From: an uncultured bacterium
Lineage (GTDB): Bacteria; Planctomycetota; UBA1135; GCA-002686595
Assembly (NCBI GenBank): GCA_943787795.1
Contig: CALSNU010000001.1
Span: 576,001-640,000 of the forward strand
Length of the DNA: 64,000 nt
Direction of reading: 5' to 3'
Part shown: positions 36,844 to 46,739 of the stretch, one piece after another
Layout of the letters: the number at the start of each line of letters is the position of its first letter
Numbering within the stretch: the first letter of the stretch is position 1
Notes under the pieces: generated by a model
What the model saw: the letters and a program-made list of their open reading frames with translations, nothing else
The model's database searches: none
What the model was told of the DNA's origin: nothing
Translations under genes and position numbers: made by a program

Positions 36844-38136
36844 TCAGGAGCGGGCCGGGAAGCCCTCGGTCTGGAAGAGCCCCGCGGGGTCGAAGGCCTC
36901 CACGAGCCGGCGGCTCCATTGTGAGGCTGGGCCAGTAGCGACGGTCGAGGTGCCCATCGTCGAGGTGGCGATCTTCGAGCGGAGGGACTCGGGGAGCGGT
37001 CCGCGGAGGCTCAGCTGGGCCTCGAGGAGGGCGGGCCACGACGAGGCGCTGGAGAGGCCGTCCAGGGGGAGGTCGACCTGCGCCACGCCGGGTTGAATGA
37101 CCGCGCCGGAGAGCTCGCCGAGCGATCCCTCGAGCGCCGCGACAACCGCCGCGACGCGGGATGGGACCGTGGACACTCGCACCGCGCTCCCCTGACCCTC
37201 GGCTCCATCGCCGGCCATGTGGAAGGCCTCGGCGCCGGGGCCAGGGTCGTGTTCCTCGAGGTTGGTGAGCAGCTCTTCGAGGCGCCGCCGGTCCGCCTCG
37301 ACCTGCCGGTCGCGGCCGGAGAGGAGGACGTGGACGACTCGATCTCGAACAAAGACCGCTTGCTCGCGGATCCGGGTGGCGCCGCGGATCGCGAGGGCTA
37401 GCTCGACGGCGGCGGTTGCGGAGGCACAGGCGCCGGAGGTGAGGTACTGCTCGGCCTCGGGGGCAGGCATCAGCCGCATGGACGCCTCGACGATGGGGCC
37501 GAAGATCCCGCGACCGCCCGCATGTAGCCGGTGGAGGTCAAAGCCCGTGACGTTCTTCACGAGCCGGCCTCCCGACCGCAGGTGGCGCCCCGTTCCGTCG
37601 ATCATGCGCATGCCGAGCAGGTGATGCTTGGTCGGTCCGAGGCTGTGTCGATCCAGCCCGGATCGACCTGCGGCCAGGACGCCACCGAGGGTGCAGGATC
37701 CGAAGACCGCCGGGGTGAGCCGGTGGCCACCCTCGGCGACCGTGGCCCGGAGGACCGCCACCTCGGCGCCCGCAAGGGCGGTCAGGGTGCCGTCTCCGGG
37801 GACGTACTCCACCACGCCGGTCGAGGATTCATCGCCCAGCAGCGCCCGCATGGAGAGCTGAAGGAAGTCCTTGGGGGACCGGCTCGCGTCCGGCCGGCAC
37901 CAGCTGAGCTGGCCGCCGCCGCCAAGGGGGACGAGGCGTACGGTGGACTGGCTGCTGCGGGTGGGCAGGGCGGACAGGGCGGAGATGAGGACTCCGAGAG
38001 AGGCCTCGGTTGCCGGCCGAACGGCCGGGCCGCCGCCCAGGCCGCCCGCCTCGTCGAGCACCACGCCCGCCTCAAGACAGGCGGCGCGAACGAGGTCCAG
38101 GTCCAGCGCACCGGTGTGCTTGAGCTCGGCGCTCAA
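36844..38136 (-). CDS. glcE: Glycolate oxidase FAD subunit GlcE-like
   Basis: TLGG, GGRLVKNVTGFDL and FDPAG motifs; lies between glcD and glcF. Confidence 0.82.
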   Translation of the reverse strand: MSAELKHTGALDLDLVRAACLEAGVVLDEAGGLGGGPAVRPATEASLGVLISALSALPTRSSQSTVRLVPLGGGGQLSWCRPDASRSPKDFLQLSMRALLGDESSTGVVEYVPGDGTLTALAGAEVAVLRATVAEGGHRLTPAVFGSCTLGGVLAAGRSGLDRHSLGPTKHHLLGMRMIDGTGRHLRSGGRLVKNVTGFDLHRLHAGGRGIFGPIVEASMRLMPAPEAEQYLTSGACASATAAVELALAIRGATRIREQAVFVRDRVVHVLLSGRDRQVEADRRRLEELLTNLEEHDPGPGAEAFHMAGDGAEGQGSAVRVSTVPSRVAAVVAALEGSLGELSGAVIQPGVAQVDLPLDGLSSASSWPALLEAQLSLRGPLPESLRSKIATSTMGTSTVATGPASQWSRRLVEAFDPAGLFQTEGFPARS

Positions 38137-39602
38137 GACGCGTCCTCTGCCGGCTGGGCGTGGGTGGGGAGGGGGCGGGTGTGGATCTCTCTGCAGCCAC
38201 GCACGGGCAGCATCTTGCCGGGGTTCCAGAAGGCGTCGGGGTCAAAGGCGCCGCGCAGCTGATCCATGGCGGCGAGGTCGTCGTCGCTGAAGACCAGGCA
38301 CATCTCGTCCTGCTTCTCGAGCCCGATCCCGTGCTCACCAGTCAGGGAGCCGCCCGCCTCGACGCAGGCCTCCATGATGATCCGGCCGGCCTCGAGCACG
38401 CGCCGGACCTCGTCCGCGTCTCGCCGGTCGTAGGAGATGTTCGGGTGGAGGTTGCCATCGCCGGCGTGGAACACGTTGGCGAGCTTGAGGTCGCGTTCAC
38501 GGCAGGCCACGGTCGCCGCAGTGACGATCTCGCGCAGGCGGGTCCTGGGCGCCACAACGTCGGCGACGTACAGATCCGGGGCAATCCGACCCATCGCACC
38601 GAAGGCGCCCTTGCGGCCTGCCCAGAGCCGCTTGCGCTCAACGGGGTCGGTGGTCCTCCGCGTGTCGAAGGCTCCAAACTCGCGGGCGACCTCGATCACG
38701 TCGGCGCTCGTGGCGTCGACCTCCTCGTCGCCGCCCTCGACCTCGACGAGCATCACGGCCTCGGCGTTGTCGGGGTAGCCGGCGCGAAGGACGCTCGCCT
38801 CCACGGCCTCGATGGTCAGCCGGTCCAGGATCTCGATGGCCGAGGGCTCAAGTCGTCGAGCGATCATCTCGCTGACCGCGTCGCAGCAGTCATCGAGCGA
38901 CTCGAAGAGGCAGAGCAGCGTCTCAACCTTCTCGGGTCTCGGCAGCAGCTGTACTGTCACCTCGGTGACGAGGCCGAGCATGCCCTCGCTGCCGATGACC
39001 GGCCCGAGGAGATCAAGGCCTCCGTCGCCCGTGGCCCCCGGGCCGCCGAGCTCGATGACCTCTCCCTCGCTGTCGACCATGGTGAGGCCGAGCACATGCC
39101 GGTTCGTGGACCCGTACTTGAAGCCGTGGGGGCCACCGGAGTTGTTGCCCACGTTGCCGCCGATGGTGCAGGCCGTCTGGCTGGAGGGGTCTGGTCCATA
39201 GAAGAGCCCAACGTCGGCGCAGGCCGCGGTGAGGTGGACATTGACCACGCCGGCCTGGACCCGGGCGTAGCGGTCCTCAGCATTCACCTCGAGGACTCCT
39301 CGCATGCGAGCCGTCCCGACGATCGCCCCGTTCTCGACGGGGCGCGCTCCCCCGCTCAGGCCGGTCCCGGCGCCGCGCGGCACGACGACGAGGCCCGCGT
39401 CGCGAACGACCTTGATCGCGGCGGCAGCCTCCTCGGTTGTGCGGGGGAGGACGATGACCTCGGCGTTGGCACGCTGGAGCATGAACGCGTCGGACTCATA
39501 GGCGGCGCGCGCGGTGGCGTCGGTGCGCACGCCCTTCTTGCCCACGATCCGCTCGAGCTCGGCCAGGTGCTGACGCGAGAGCTGCTTCCTGCCGCTGCCC
39601 AT
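38133..39602 (-). CDS. glcD: Glycolate oxidase FAD subunit GlcD
   Basis: PRGAGTGLSGG, PDPSSQ, GSEG, HAGDGNLHP, GEHGIG and NPGK motifs. Confidence 0.92.
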   Translation of the reverse strand: MGSGRKQLSRQHLAELERIVGKKGVRTDATARAAYESDAFMLQRANAEVIVLPRTTEEAAAAIKVVRDAGLVVVPRGAGTGLSGGARPVENGAIVGTARMRGVLEVNAEDRYARVQAGVVNVHLTAACADVGLFYGPDPSSQTACTIGGNVGNNSGGPHGFKYGSTNRHVLGLTMVDSEGEVIELGGPGATGDGGLDLLGPVIGSEGMLGLVTEVTVQLLPRPEKVETLLCLFESLDDCCDAVSEMIARRLEPSAIEILDRLTIEAVEASVLRAGYPDNAEAVMLVEVEGGDEEVDATSADVIEVAREFGAFDTRRTTDPVERKRLWAGRKGAFGAMGRIAPDLYVADVVAPRTRLREIVTAATVACRERDLKLANVFHAGDGNLHPNISYDRRDADEVRRVLEAGRIIMEACVEAGGSLTGEHGIGLEKQDEMCLVFSDDDLAAMDQLRGAFDPDAFWNPGKMLPVRGCREIHTRPLPTHAQPAEDAS

Positions 39603-39695
39603 GGGTGAGATCTTAGGCCAAGGCGCAGCGCTAGCGAGCCCCTCGCAGCCCGAAGGCTTCAGGCCAGGAGCCCCCGTCCGAGCGCAGGACCGGTC

Positions 39696-40664
39696 TCAGT
39701 TGCCCGGCCGGCCCCGCGGCGCAGCGCCAGTGAGGCTCAGCCGAGCGGCGCCGATCCAGCCCGCGTCGGAACCAAGCGTCGCAGGCTCGACCCGCGTGGA
39801 CCCGCTCCCGTAGCGCTGCTCCGCCAGGAGCTCCTCGGTGCCAGGGCGCAGCACGTCGAGGGCGGCCCCGAACCCTCCACCGATGACAAAGAACGAGATG
39901 TCAAAGAGCGTCACGAGGGTCGAGAGGCCGGATCCGAGGTCGCGGCCGATCTCGTGCATGAGGCGCCGCTCCGGGCCGTCCGCGTCGCGGGCGGCCTGTG
40001 CCAGCACCGGCAGGTCGTCGTCGAGTCCCGCGGCCCGCGCGCGACGCTTGGCCGCGCTCGCCGAGACCAGCCGTTCCAGGCAGCCATAGGAGCCGCAGGG
40101 GCAGGCGAGCTCTTCGTGATAGGCGCCGTCGTAGTAGCTCCCGCTCGGCTTCGGGAAGATCACCGTGTGCCCGATCTCTCCAGCGTTGCCGCCGGGTCCG
40201 ACGAACAGCTCGTCAGCGAGCACGATGCCCCCGCCGACGCCGGTCCCAAGGGTCAGGAGAGCCATGCTGTCCTCCGTCCGGCCTGCGCCGAGCCATTGCT
40301 CCCCGAACGCGGCGACGTTCGCGTCGTTCTCCACGAGGACCTCTCGGCCCTCGAGGCCGCGCGCGACGCCCTCGGAGAGGCTCTCTCCCACGAGGTTGGG
40401 CATGTTGGCGCTCGCCAGCACCGTCCCGGTCGGCCGATCAAAGAGGCCCGCGCACCCGACGCCGATTCGTTGAGCCCTGCCGCCCGCCGCGCTCTCGAGC
40501 TCGAGCACCAGCTCCGCCGCACGGGAGAAGATCACGTCGGCCGGGACGTCCGCCGCGAAGGGCCGCAGCGCGCGCGCGAGCACCTCGCCGCTGGAGGCGT
40601 TCACCGCCCCTCCCTTGATCGACATCCCCCCGAAGTCGAGCCCGATCAGTAGCTGGTCCGCCAT
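39696..40664 (-). CDS. ROK family sugar kinase (glucokinase-like)
   Basis: DFGG, ENDANVAA, LGTGVGGG, GEIGH and CPCGSYGCLE motifs. Confidence 0.92.
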   Translation of the reverse strand: MADQLLIGLDFGGMSIKGGAVNASSGEVLARALRPFAADVPADVIFSRAAELVLELESAAGGRAQRIGVGCAGLFDRPTGTVLASANMPNLVGESLSEGVARGLEGREVLVENDANVAAFGEQWLGAGRTEDSMALLTLGTGVGGGIVLADELFVGPGGNAGEIGHTVIFPKPSGSYYDGAYHEELACPCGSYGCLERLVSASAAKRRARAAGLDDDLPVLAQAARDADGPERRLMHEIGRDLGSGLSTLVTLFDISFFVIGGGFGAALDVLRPGTEELLAEQRYGSGSTRVEPATLGSDAGWIGAARLSLTGAAPRGRPGN

Positions 40665-40674
40665 CGGGAACTGC

Positions 40675-42150
40675 TCAGGGCTTGCTGGCCTTGAGGAGCC
40701 GCCCGAGCTTGCGGTAGGCCTTCATGTACTCGCGACCGGTCTCCGCCCAGGAGAAGTCCTGCTCCATGCAACGCTTCAGGATGACCTTCCAGTCGGCTGC
40801 CTTCTTGTAGATCGCGCGAGCCTGGTCGACGGCCTCGACGAGCGCGGAGGAGTCGTACCGCTCGAAGAGGATGCTGGTGCCCTTCTTCGGAGATGCGGTC
40901 AGGTCGACCAAGGTGTCCTCGAGCCCGCTGTGGGCGTACGCCATTGGGACCACGCCGTAGCGGAGCGAGATGGCGGCGAGGGCGTTGGTGGCGTGGTAGT
41001 GGCCCGGCAGAAGCAGGATGTCCGCGCCGGCCAGCAGGGTGTGGGCGGTCCCAACGTCGTACCCCTCGATCACCCGGCAGCAGCCCGCGAAGGTCTGCTC
41101 GATGGTGTGAAGGCGCTCCACGATCTCGGGCGGGCCCGGCCCCATCAGGACGAGCTGAACGTTCCGCTCGAGGATGGGGGTCAATGATTCCGCGAGGATG
41201 TCGAAGCCGCTGTCGGCGTCGAAGCGGCCGATCACGGCCACCAGTGGCGTCCGTGGTGAGACGTCCAGCTTGAGGCCCTCTTGCAGCCGTGCCTTGCACT
41301 TTCGCTTGCCGGGAACGTCCTTCTGCTCTGGCGAGAAGTTCTGCGCGAGCAGCGGGTCGGTCGCGGGATTCCACGTCCGGTAGTCGATGCCGCTCTGGAC
41401 CCCGATGAGGTCCTTCTCCCGGCGCCGGAAGGTGTCCTCGAGGCCGTCGCCACGATCGGAGTTGATGAACTCCTTGGCCTTGCTGTTGGAGGTCGTTCCG
41501 ACGAGCGTGGCGAACTCTGCGCCGGCCTTTAGGTAGTTCACCCGTCCACCGAGGGCGACCCCCTCGACGTTACGGAAGTACTCGTGCGGGATCCCAACCT
41601 TGGGGAGGATCTCGCGCTCGAAGGACCCCTGCATGGCGAGGTTCTGGATGGCGAAGAACGTGCCGGGCTTGGCTGCGGGGTGTTCGCGCCCCGCGTACTC
41701 GAGCTGCTGTACGAGCGGGATGAGGCCCGAGGTCCAGTCGAGGCAGTGGATCACATCCGGCGTGAACGCCAGCGGGCCGAAGCCCTCGAGGACCGCCCGG
41801 GCGAAGATCGAGTAGCGCCGCCAGTTGTCCGCGTAGGGCCCGTCCTCATCGCCGTAGGGGTGGCGGTTGCGGTACAGGCTCTCGTGATCAATCAGGTGGA
41901 CCGTCAGCCCATCGATGTACCCCGTCCGGATCGTGATGGGGGTGCGACCCGATCCGTCACGGATGCGCAGGAGGGCGCTCTCTTCGAGCGGGCCCAGGGA
42001 CTCGACGTCGATGTCCCTCGAGAAGGGGAGGAACACTCGCACCTCTGCGCCCAGGCTCTGGAGCGTCCGGGGCAGCACCTCGGCGATCTCAGCAAGCTGG
42101 GTTCGTCGGACGAGTGACTTGAGTTCGGGAGTCGCGAACGCGATCTTCAC
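40675..42150 (-). CDS. Glycogen synthase (GT5) homologue with degenerate catalytic motifs
   Basis: YADNWRRY, PDVIHCLDW, NLAMQG, GIDYRTWNP, GGL-like SGLEDT and DFSW show the GlgA fold; KTGG, QKG and EPCG motifs are absent. Confidence 0.85.
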   Translation of the reverse strand: MKIAFATPELKSLVRRTQLAEIAEVLPRTLQSLGAEVRVFLPFSRDIDVESLGPLEESALLRIRDGSGRTPITIRTGYIDGLTVHLIDHESLYRNRHPYGDEDGPYADNWRRYSIFARAVLEGFGPLAFTPDVIHCLDWTSGLIPLVQQLEYAGREHPAAKPGTFFAIQNLAMQGSFEREILPKVGIPHEYFRNVEGVALGGRVNYLKAGAEFATLVGTTSNSKAKEFINSDRGDGLEDTFRRREKDLIGVQSGIDYRTWNPATDPLLAQNFSPEQKDVPGKRKCKARLQEGLKLDVSPRTPLVAVIGRFDADSGFDILAESLTPILERNVQLVLMGPGPPEIVERLHTIEQTFAGCCRVIEGYDVGTAHTLLAGADILLLPGHYHATNALAAISLRYGVVPMAYAHSGLEDTLVDLTASPKKGTSILFERYDSSALVEAVDQARAIYKKAADWKVILKRCMEQDFSWAETGREYMKAYRKLGRLLKASKP

Positions 42151-42309
42151 GTCCGGAGAGGGGCGCGGGTCGAAGCGGGTGGGCGAGTGCGTAACGCTCG
42201 TACCAGAAGGTCCTTGCGCGTGCGCCCCAAGATTAGACGCCAGGCCCCCTGGAGCCCTAGGCGCTGGCGCTCGGCGTGATCGTAAGGCTATGTAGGAAAG
42301 GCGCTTGCG

Positions 42310-43107
42310 CTACCTTGATCCCAGCGATTGCTCGTAGGCTCTGATCGCCTCGGGGAGCGCCTCGCGGATCTGCTCGATCCGCCGCTCGTCGGAGGGGTGC
42401 GTCGAGAACAGCTCGAAGGGCGCGGACCCTGACGCCGAGCTCATGCGTTCCCAGAACCCCACCGCGGCTCGGGGGTCGTAGCCAGCGCGCGCCATGTACA
42501 TCAGTCCCCGGGTATCGGCCTCGATCTCCGCATCACGCCCGAAGGGCAGGCTCACCAACAGGTGCGCGGCATCCGACGCGAGGGCCTCGGTCTGCTCCTT
42601 GGTCTCAGCGTCCTCGCTGTAGGCCTCGGCGCCCGCCTCGATGAGCTGGGTCAGGAGGTCCTGACGGGTCATGCGTTCCGTCCCGTGGCGAAGCGTGGCG
42701 TGGGCGATCTCGTGACTCATGACGACGGCGAGCCCCGTCTCGTCCCCGGCGATGGGCAAGATGCCCGTGAAGACTGCCATCTTCCCGCCAGGCAAGCACC
42801 ACGCGTTGACAACCTCGTCCTGCTCGATGAGCCGCACCTCCCAGTCAAACTGGTTGGCGACCTCGGGGTCGAGCTCCCTCGCGGCGGCGACCAAGCGCTG
42901 CGTCAAGCGGTCCACCATGCGATGGTCTGCTCCGCTGCTGATGACGGTCTCGCCCGAGAGTAGCTCGGGGTAGGCCTCGGCGCCCAGGGTCGCATCATCG
43001 CTCACCTGGTAGTGATTGAGGTTCCCGAGGAGGCCGCAGGCGGGGAGGAGGTGGACCGCGAGCGCGGCAGCGGACGCCTTGGCGAAGAGGGAGGCGAGTA
43101 GTTTCAT
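42310..43107 (-). CDS. M48 family metallopeptidase, lipoprotein
   Basis: LPAC lipobox; NAWCLPGG, HEIAH, EIEAD and STHP motifs. Confidence 0.92.
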   Translation of the reverse strand: MKLLASLFAKASAAALAVHLLPACGLLGNLNHYQVSDDATLGAEAYPELLSGETVISSGADHRMVDRLTQRLVAAARELDPEVANQFDWEVRLIEQDEVVNAWCLPGGKMAVFTGILPIAGDETGLAVVMSHEIAHATLRHGTERMTRQDLLTQLIEAGAEAYSEDAETKEQTEALASDAAHLLVSLPFGRDAEIEADTRGLMYMARAGYDPRAAVGFWERMSSASGSAPFELFSTHPSDERRIEQIREALPEAIRAYEQSLGSR

Positions 43108-43215
43108 TGGCCTGGTCGAGGGGCGTGGATGACGGGAGGCGCGACGGAGGTCAATATATCAGCGCCCGCGGCGCCGGCCGCCGCACGTCTCCCCGCACCT
43201 ACTCGAACCAGCTCC

Positions 43216-44754
43216 ATGACTTCCAAACCGCTCGTGCTCCTCGTCCTCGATGGTTGGGGACAGCGCAAAGAGAGAGACTCCAACGCGATCGTGGAGGGAG
43301 CACCGTACTTCCAGGAGCTGTTCGCCGAGAACCCGACGACCCTCTTGACCGCCTGCGGTTCCGAGGTCGGCCTCCCCCTCGGGGTCATGGGCAACAGCGA
43401 GGTGGGGCACACCAACCTCGGCGCCGGGCGGGTCGTCTATCAGGACGTCAGCCGGATCGACAAGTCCATCGACGACGGCGAGTTCGCGCGCAACGCGGCC
43501 TTCAGGGAGTTGATGGCGGACGTTCGAGCCAGGGGCAAGACGCTCCACCTCCTGGGGCTGGTGAGCAACGGGATGGTCCACGCCAGCGATCACCACCTCC
43601 GGACGCTCCTGAAGATGGCGGCGGACGAGGGGCTGGGGGCGGACAAGGTGATGGTGCACGCCATCACCGACGGGCGGGACACGCCGCCGAAGTCAGGCGC
43701 GGGGTTCCTCGAGGCGCTGGAGGCGGCCTGTGAGGCCGCGGGGGTCGGCCGCATCGCCAGCGTGATTGGCCGCTATCACGCCATGGATCGGGACAAGCGC
43801 TGGGAGCGAGTCGAGCGCGCCTATCGCCTGCTCGTGCGCGGCGAAGGGAGCCGATTCGACTCTGCGCTCGCCGCGATCCACGCGTCCTACGAGGCCGGGG
43901 TGACGGACGAGTTCGTCGAGCCCGCCGTGATTGGCGAGCAGGGTTCCGGTCGTCTCGAGGATGGGGATGGTGTGCTGCTCTTCAACTACCGCGCTGACCG
44001 CATGCGTGAGATCACGGACGCGCTGGTCCAGCAGGGCTTCGCTGGCTTCGAGCGAGGGGCGAGCGCGCCCACCGTCCACGCGGTGTCCATGACCCAGTAT
44101 CGCGACGACATCGACATTCCCGTCGCGTTCCCGCCCATCGACCTCAGCGGCATCTTCCCGGAGCTGGTGAGCGCGGCAGGGCTCCGCCAGGAGCGCATCG
44201 CCGAGACGGAGAAGTACGCTCACGTGACGTACTTCTTCTCCGGCGGACGGGAGGCCCCCTACGAGGGAGAGACCCGCACGTTGTTGCAGAGCCCGAAGGT
44301 GGCCACCTACGACCTCGCACCCCAGATGAGCGCGCGGGGCGTGACGGATGCGATCCTCTCCAGCCTGGGGAAGGGGGAGACGGATGTCTATGTCGTCAAC
44401 TTCGCCAACGCAGACATGGTCGGGCACACGGGGATCTACGAGGCCGCGCTGAAGGCGGTGGAGACGGTGGATGGGTGCCTGCAGGAGATCGTTCCGGCGG
44501 TGTTGGCCCGCGGCGGGACGGTGGCGATCACGGCCGATCACGGGAACTCTGAACAGCTCTGGGATCCATCGACGGACCAGCCCCACACGGCTCACACCCT
44601 GAACAAGGTGCCCTTTGTCCTGATCGGGGACGGGGTCCGGGGCGCCCGCATGCGGGAGCACGGCGTGCTCGCGGACGTGGCACCCACCCTGCTGGAGATC
44701 ATGGGCCTCGAGCTGCATCCCCTGATGGACGGCACCTCCCTGGTGCTCGGGTAG
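43216..44754 (+). CDS. gpmI: 2,3-bisphosphoglycerate-independent phosphoglycerate mutase
   Basis: LDGWG, MGNSEVGH, DGRDT, ETEKYAHVT, DMVGHTG and ADHGN motifs. Confidence 0.97.
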   Translation: MTSKPLVLLVLDGWGQRKERDSNAIVEGAPYFQELFAENPTTLLTACGSEVGLPLGVMGNSEVGHTNLGAGRVVYQDVSRIDKSIDDGEFARNAAFRELMADVRARGKTLHLLGLVSNGMVHASDHHLRTLLKMAADEGLGADKVMVHAITDGRDTPPKSGAGFLEALEAACEAAGVGRIASVIGRYHAMDRDKRWERVERAYRLLVRGEGSRFDSALAAIHASYEAGVTDEFVEPAVIGEQGSGRLEDGDGVLLFNYRADRMREITDALVQQGFAGFERGASAPTVHAVSMTQYRDDIDIPVAFPPIDLSGIFPELVSAAGLRQERIAETEKYAHVTYFFSGGREAPYEGETRTLLQSPKVATYDLAPQMSARGVTDAILSSLGKGETDVYVVNFANADMVGHTGIYEAALKAVETVDGCLQEIVPAVLARGGTVAITADHGNSEQLWDPSTDQPHTAHTLNKVPFVLIGDGVRGARMREHGVLADVAPTLLEIMGLELHPLMDGTSLVLG

Positions 44755-44776
44755 CGTCCCGGGTGCTCGGGTAGCG
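44742..44776 (+). repeat. 15-bp direct repeat duplicating the gpmI 3' end
   Basis: GGTGCTCGGGTAGCG at 44742-44756 and 44762-44776. Confidence 0.85.
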
Positions 44777-45062
44777 CCCGGTCAAGTCGCTAAGAGTACG
44801 GGGAAATCGCCAAGAGAAGGGGAGACGCGCACTGAGGGCCATGTCGCGCGGTAGCGGTCAGATGGCGTACCGGAGCCAACCAGGAGCCGATTGTGTCCCG
44901 CATTGGGTGAGACGGTGGCCCGGTGGGGACTCTCCATGCGCCATTCCGTGGTGACCCCTCCAAGCTTGGTATCCTTGATCAGTCGATCCCTCCACTCCCC
45001 TCCTGCGTCTTCCGCCGGGGGTACGCCTCGCCCGCCGCGGTGAGGGACCCCAAGCTCCCCGC

Positions 45063-46538
45063 ATGCCGCCGAATATTCTCTCCACGGCACTCCGTCTCTC
45101 CTCCCCGATGTGTCTGGCGCTGTTGACGGCTCAGAGCGCCGCGGCCGCGCCGCAGGCACTCTCCCGCCTCTTCGTGTCGCCAACCCCGGATGAGATCGAG
45201 GACGTGACAGTGGACTGGGCTGGGCGGACGGTCGACATCGCCGGGTTCCGGTTGGAGGCCTCTGGCTTGGGTGCCGCCAATGAGCGCGTGGACATCATCA
45301 GTCACCTCTCGGAAGGGGAGCGGCACTACGCGGCGATCCGCTTCCCACTCAACTACGAGCCCGGGCAGCCCCACGCTGCGCTGGTGCTATGCCACGGAGG
45401 TCTGGTGGGGGTCTCGGTCGACGAGGCCGCAAACCTCCTCTCGACGTTCCCTGGCCAGTGCGTCGACGACGAGTACTTCATCCTGATCCCGTCCTACCGC
45501 GGTGAGGTCCTGACGAGCTCCTTCGCCGGCCCCTACTTCTCAGGGGGAGCCCAGAGCTTTGCGGATCGAGACGTGGACGACGTGAGGTCCATGCTCTCGA
45601 CGGTCTTGGCGGAGCCGGACTACGCCGACATCGACAACGCCCGCCTAGCTGCCTGGGGCATCAGCCGAGGCGGAGCTGTGGCGATGCTACTCAAGGTCCG
45701 TGACCCGCGGATCCGGCGCGTGGTGGACATGTTCGGTTTCACGGATCTCAGTCTCCCCAGCGTTCAGGCTGAGGCCGCCGACATCGTGGATAACGGGGCC
45801 ACTCCAACCGGGATCGGTCGCGTCATTTACGAGTCGTCCGTCGAGCCTTGGCTGTCGGGTTCAATGACCCTCGAGGAGGCGCGCCTCGCCTGGATCCGGC
45901 GCTCGGTCGCCTGGTTCCCAGACAACCTTGCTCCCATCCAGGTCCATCACGGGCTTCAGGACCTGGCGGTCGAGCCGGCCCACTCGGTGCTGCTCCTGGA
46001 CCGGCTGTCCGCGCTGGGCCTCCCGCCCGGTGAGGTCGAGGCCTACTTCTACCCCAACGGTGCTCACGGGCTGAACTCGCTCGTCGGGCAGGGTCCCCGA
46101 GCGGAGAGCTTCCTCTGCAACCTCCAGCTCGGTCCGAGCGGCTACTGCGGCCCCATGACAGAGAGCGTGGCGGGCGGCATCGCCTCGGCCAGCTACCTCG
46201 GCTCGGCCTCCGTCTCGCGGAACGACCTGCGATTCGTCGTGAACAACGCCCCGGCGGGATCGGCGGGGATGGTCTTCATGGCCCCTGCGCCGGGCTACTC
46301 ACGCAGCGGCGGTGGCTATGTCTGCGTGGGTGGGGGCGCGACTCGGGTCGGATTTGGAGGGATCGACGCCAACGGGACGTTCGTGCTGCCCATCGATCTT
46401 CAGAGCAGCCACCCCGCCGTGAGCAGCTTCTTGAACGTTGGTTCCAGCGCCTACCTGCAGCTGGTCTACCGGGATCCTGGAAACGGGAACGGGAACTGGA
46501 ACTTCTCCAACGGGCTGTGCGTTCCGTTGGCTCCCTGA
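45063..46538 (+). CDS. Secreted alpha/beta hydrolase (S9-like) with conserved C-terminal domain
   Basis: Signal peptide; HGG, GISRGG nucleophile elbow, HGLQD and GAHG triad motifs. Confidence 0.85.
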   Translation: MPPNILSTALRLSSPMCLALLTAQSAAAAPQALSRLFVSPTPDEIEDVTVDWAGRTVDIAGFRLEASGLGAANERVDIISHLSEGERHYAAIRFPLNYEPGQPHAALVLCHGGLVGVSVDEAANLLSTFPGQCVDDEYFILIPSYRGEVLTSSFAGPYFSGGAQSFADRDVDDVRSMLSTVLAEPDYADIDNARLAAWGISRGGAVAMLLKVRDPRIRRVVDMFGFTDLSLPSVQAEAADIVDNGATPTGIGRVIYESSVEPWLSGSMTLEEARLAWIRRSVAWFPDNLAPIQVHHGLQDLAVEPAHSVLLLDRLSALGLPPGEVEAYFYPNGAHGLNSLVGQGPRAESFLCNLQLGPSGYCGPMTESVAGGIASASYLGSASVSRNDLRFVVNNAPAGSAGMVFMAPAPGYSRSGGGYVCVGGGATRVGFGGIDANGTFVLPIDLQSSHPAVSSFLNVGSSAYLQLVYRDPGNGNGNWNFSNGLCVPLAP

Positions 46539-46739
46539 TCGAGCAGCCAGGCCTCCCTTTGCTCTTGCCCTGACGATCGCCCGTATCGGGCGTGCTCGGG
46601 CGGGATGGTTCCACCGCGCAGTGTTCCACCACGCAGAGTCTCACCGAGCAGGGGCCCTCGTCACAGCGAGCCTCCTCGCGGATTCCTCCGTGCGGCCTTC
46701 TCTGGGGCGGGGCTCGCCAGCTGGAGATCCGGTGGCCGG

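Noticed and set aside
44780..45060. Possible ncRNA or tRNA in this and other larger intergenic gaps
   Set aside because: I could not recognise a cloverleaf or known RNA motif by eye; an Rfam/tRNAscan search would be needed to exclude one
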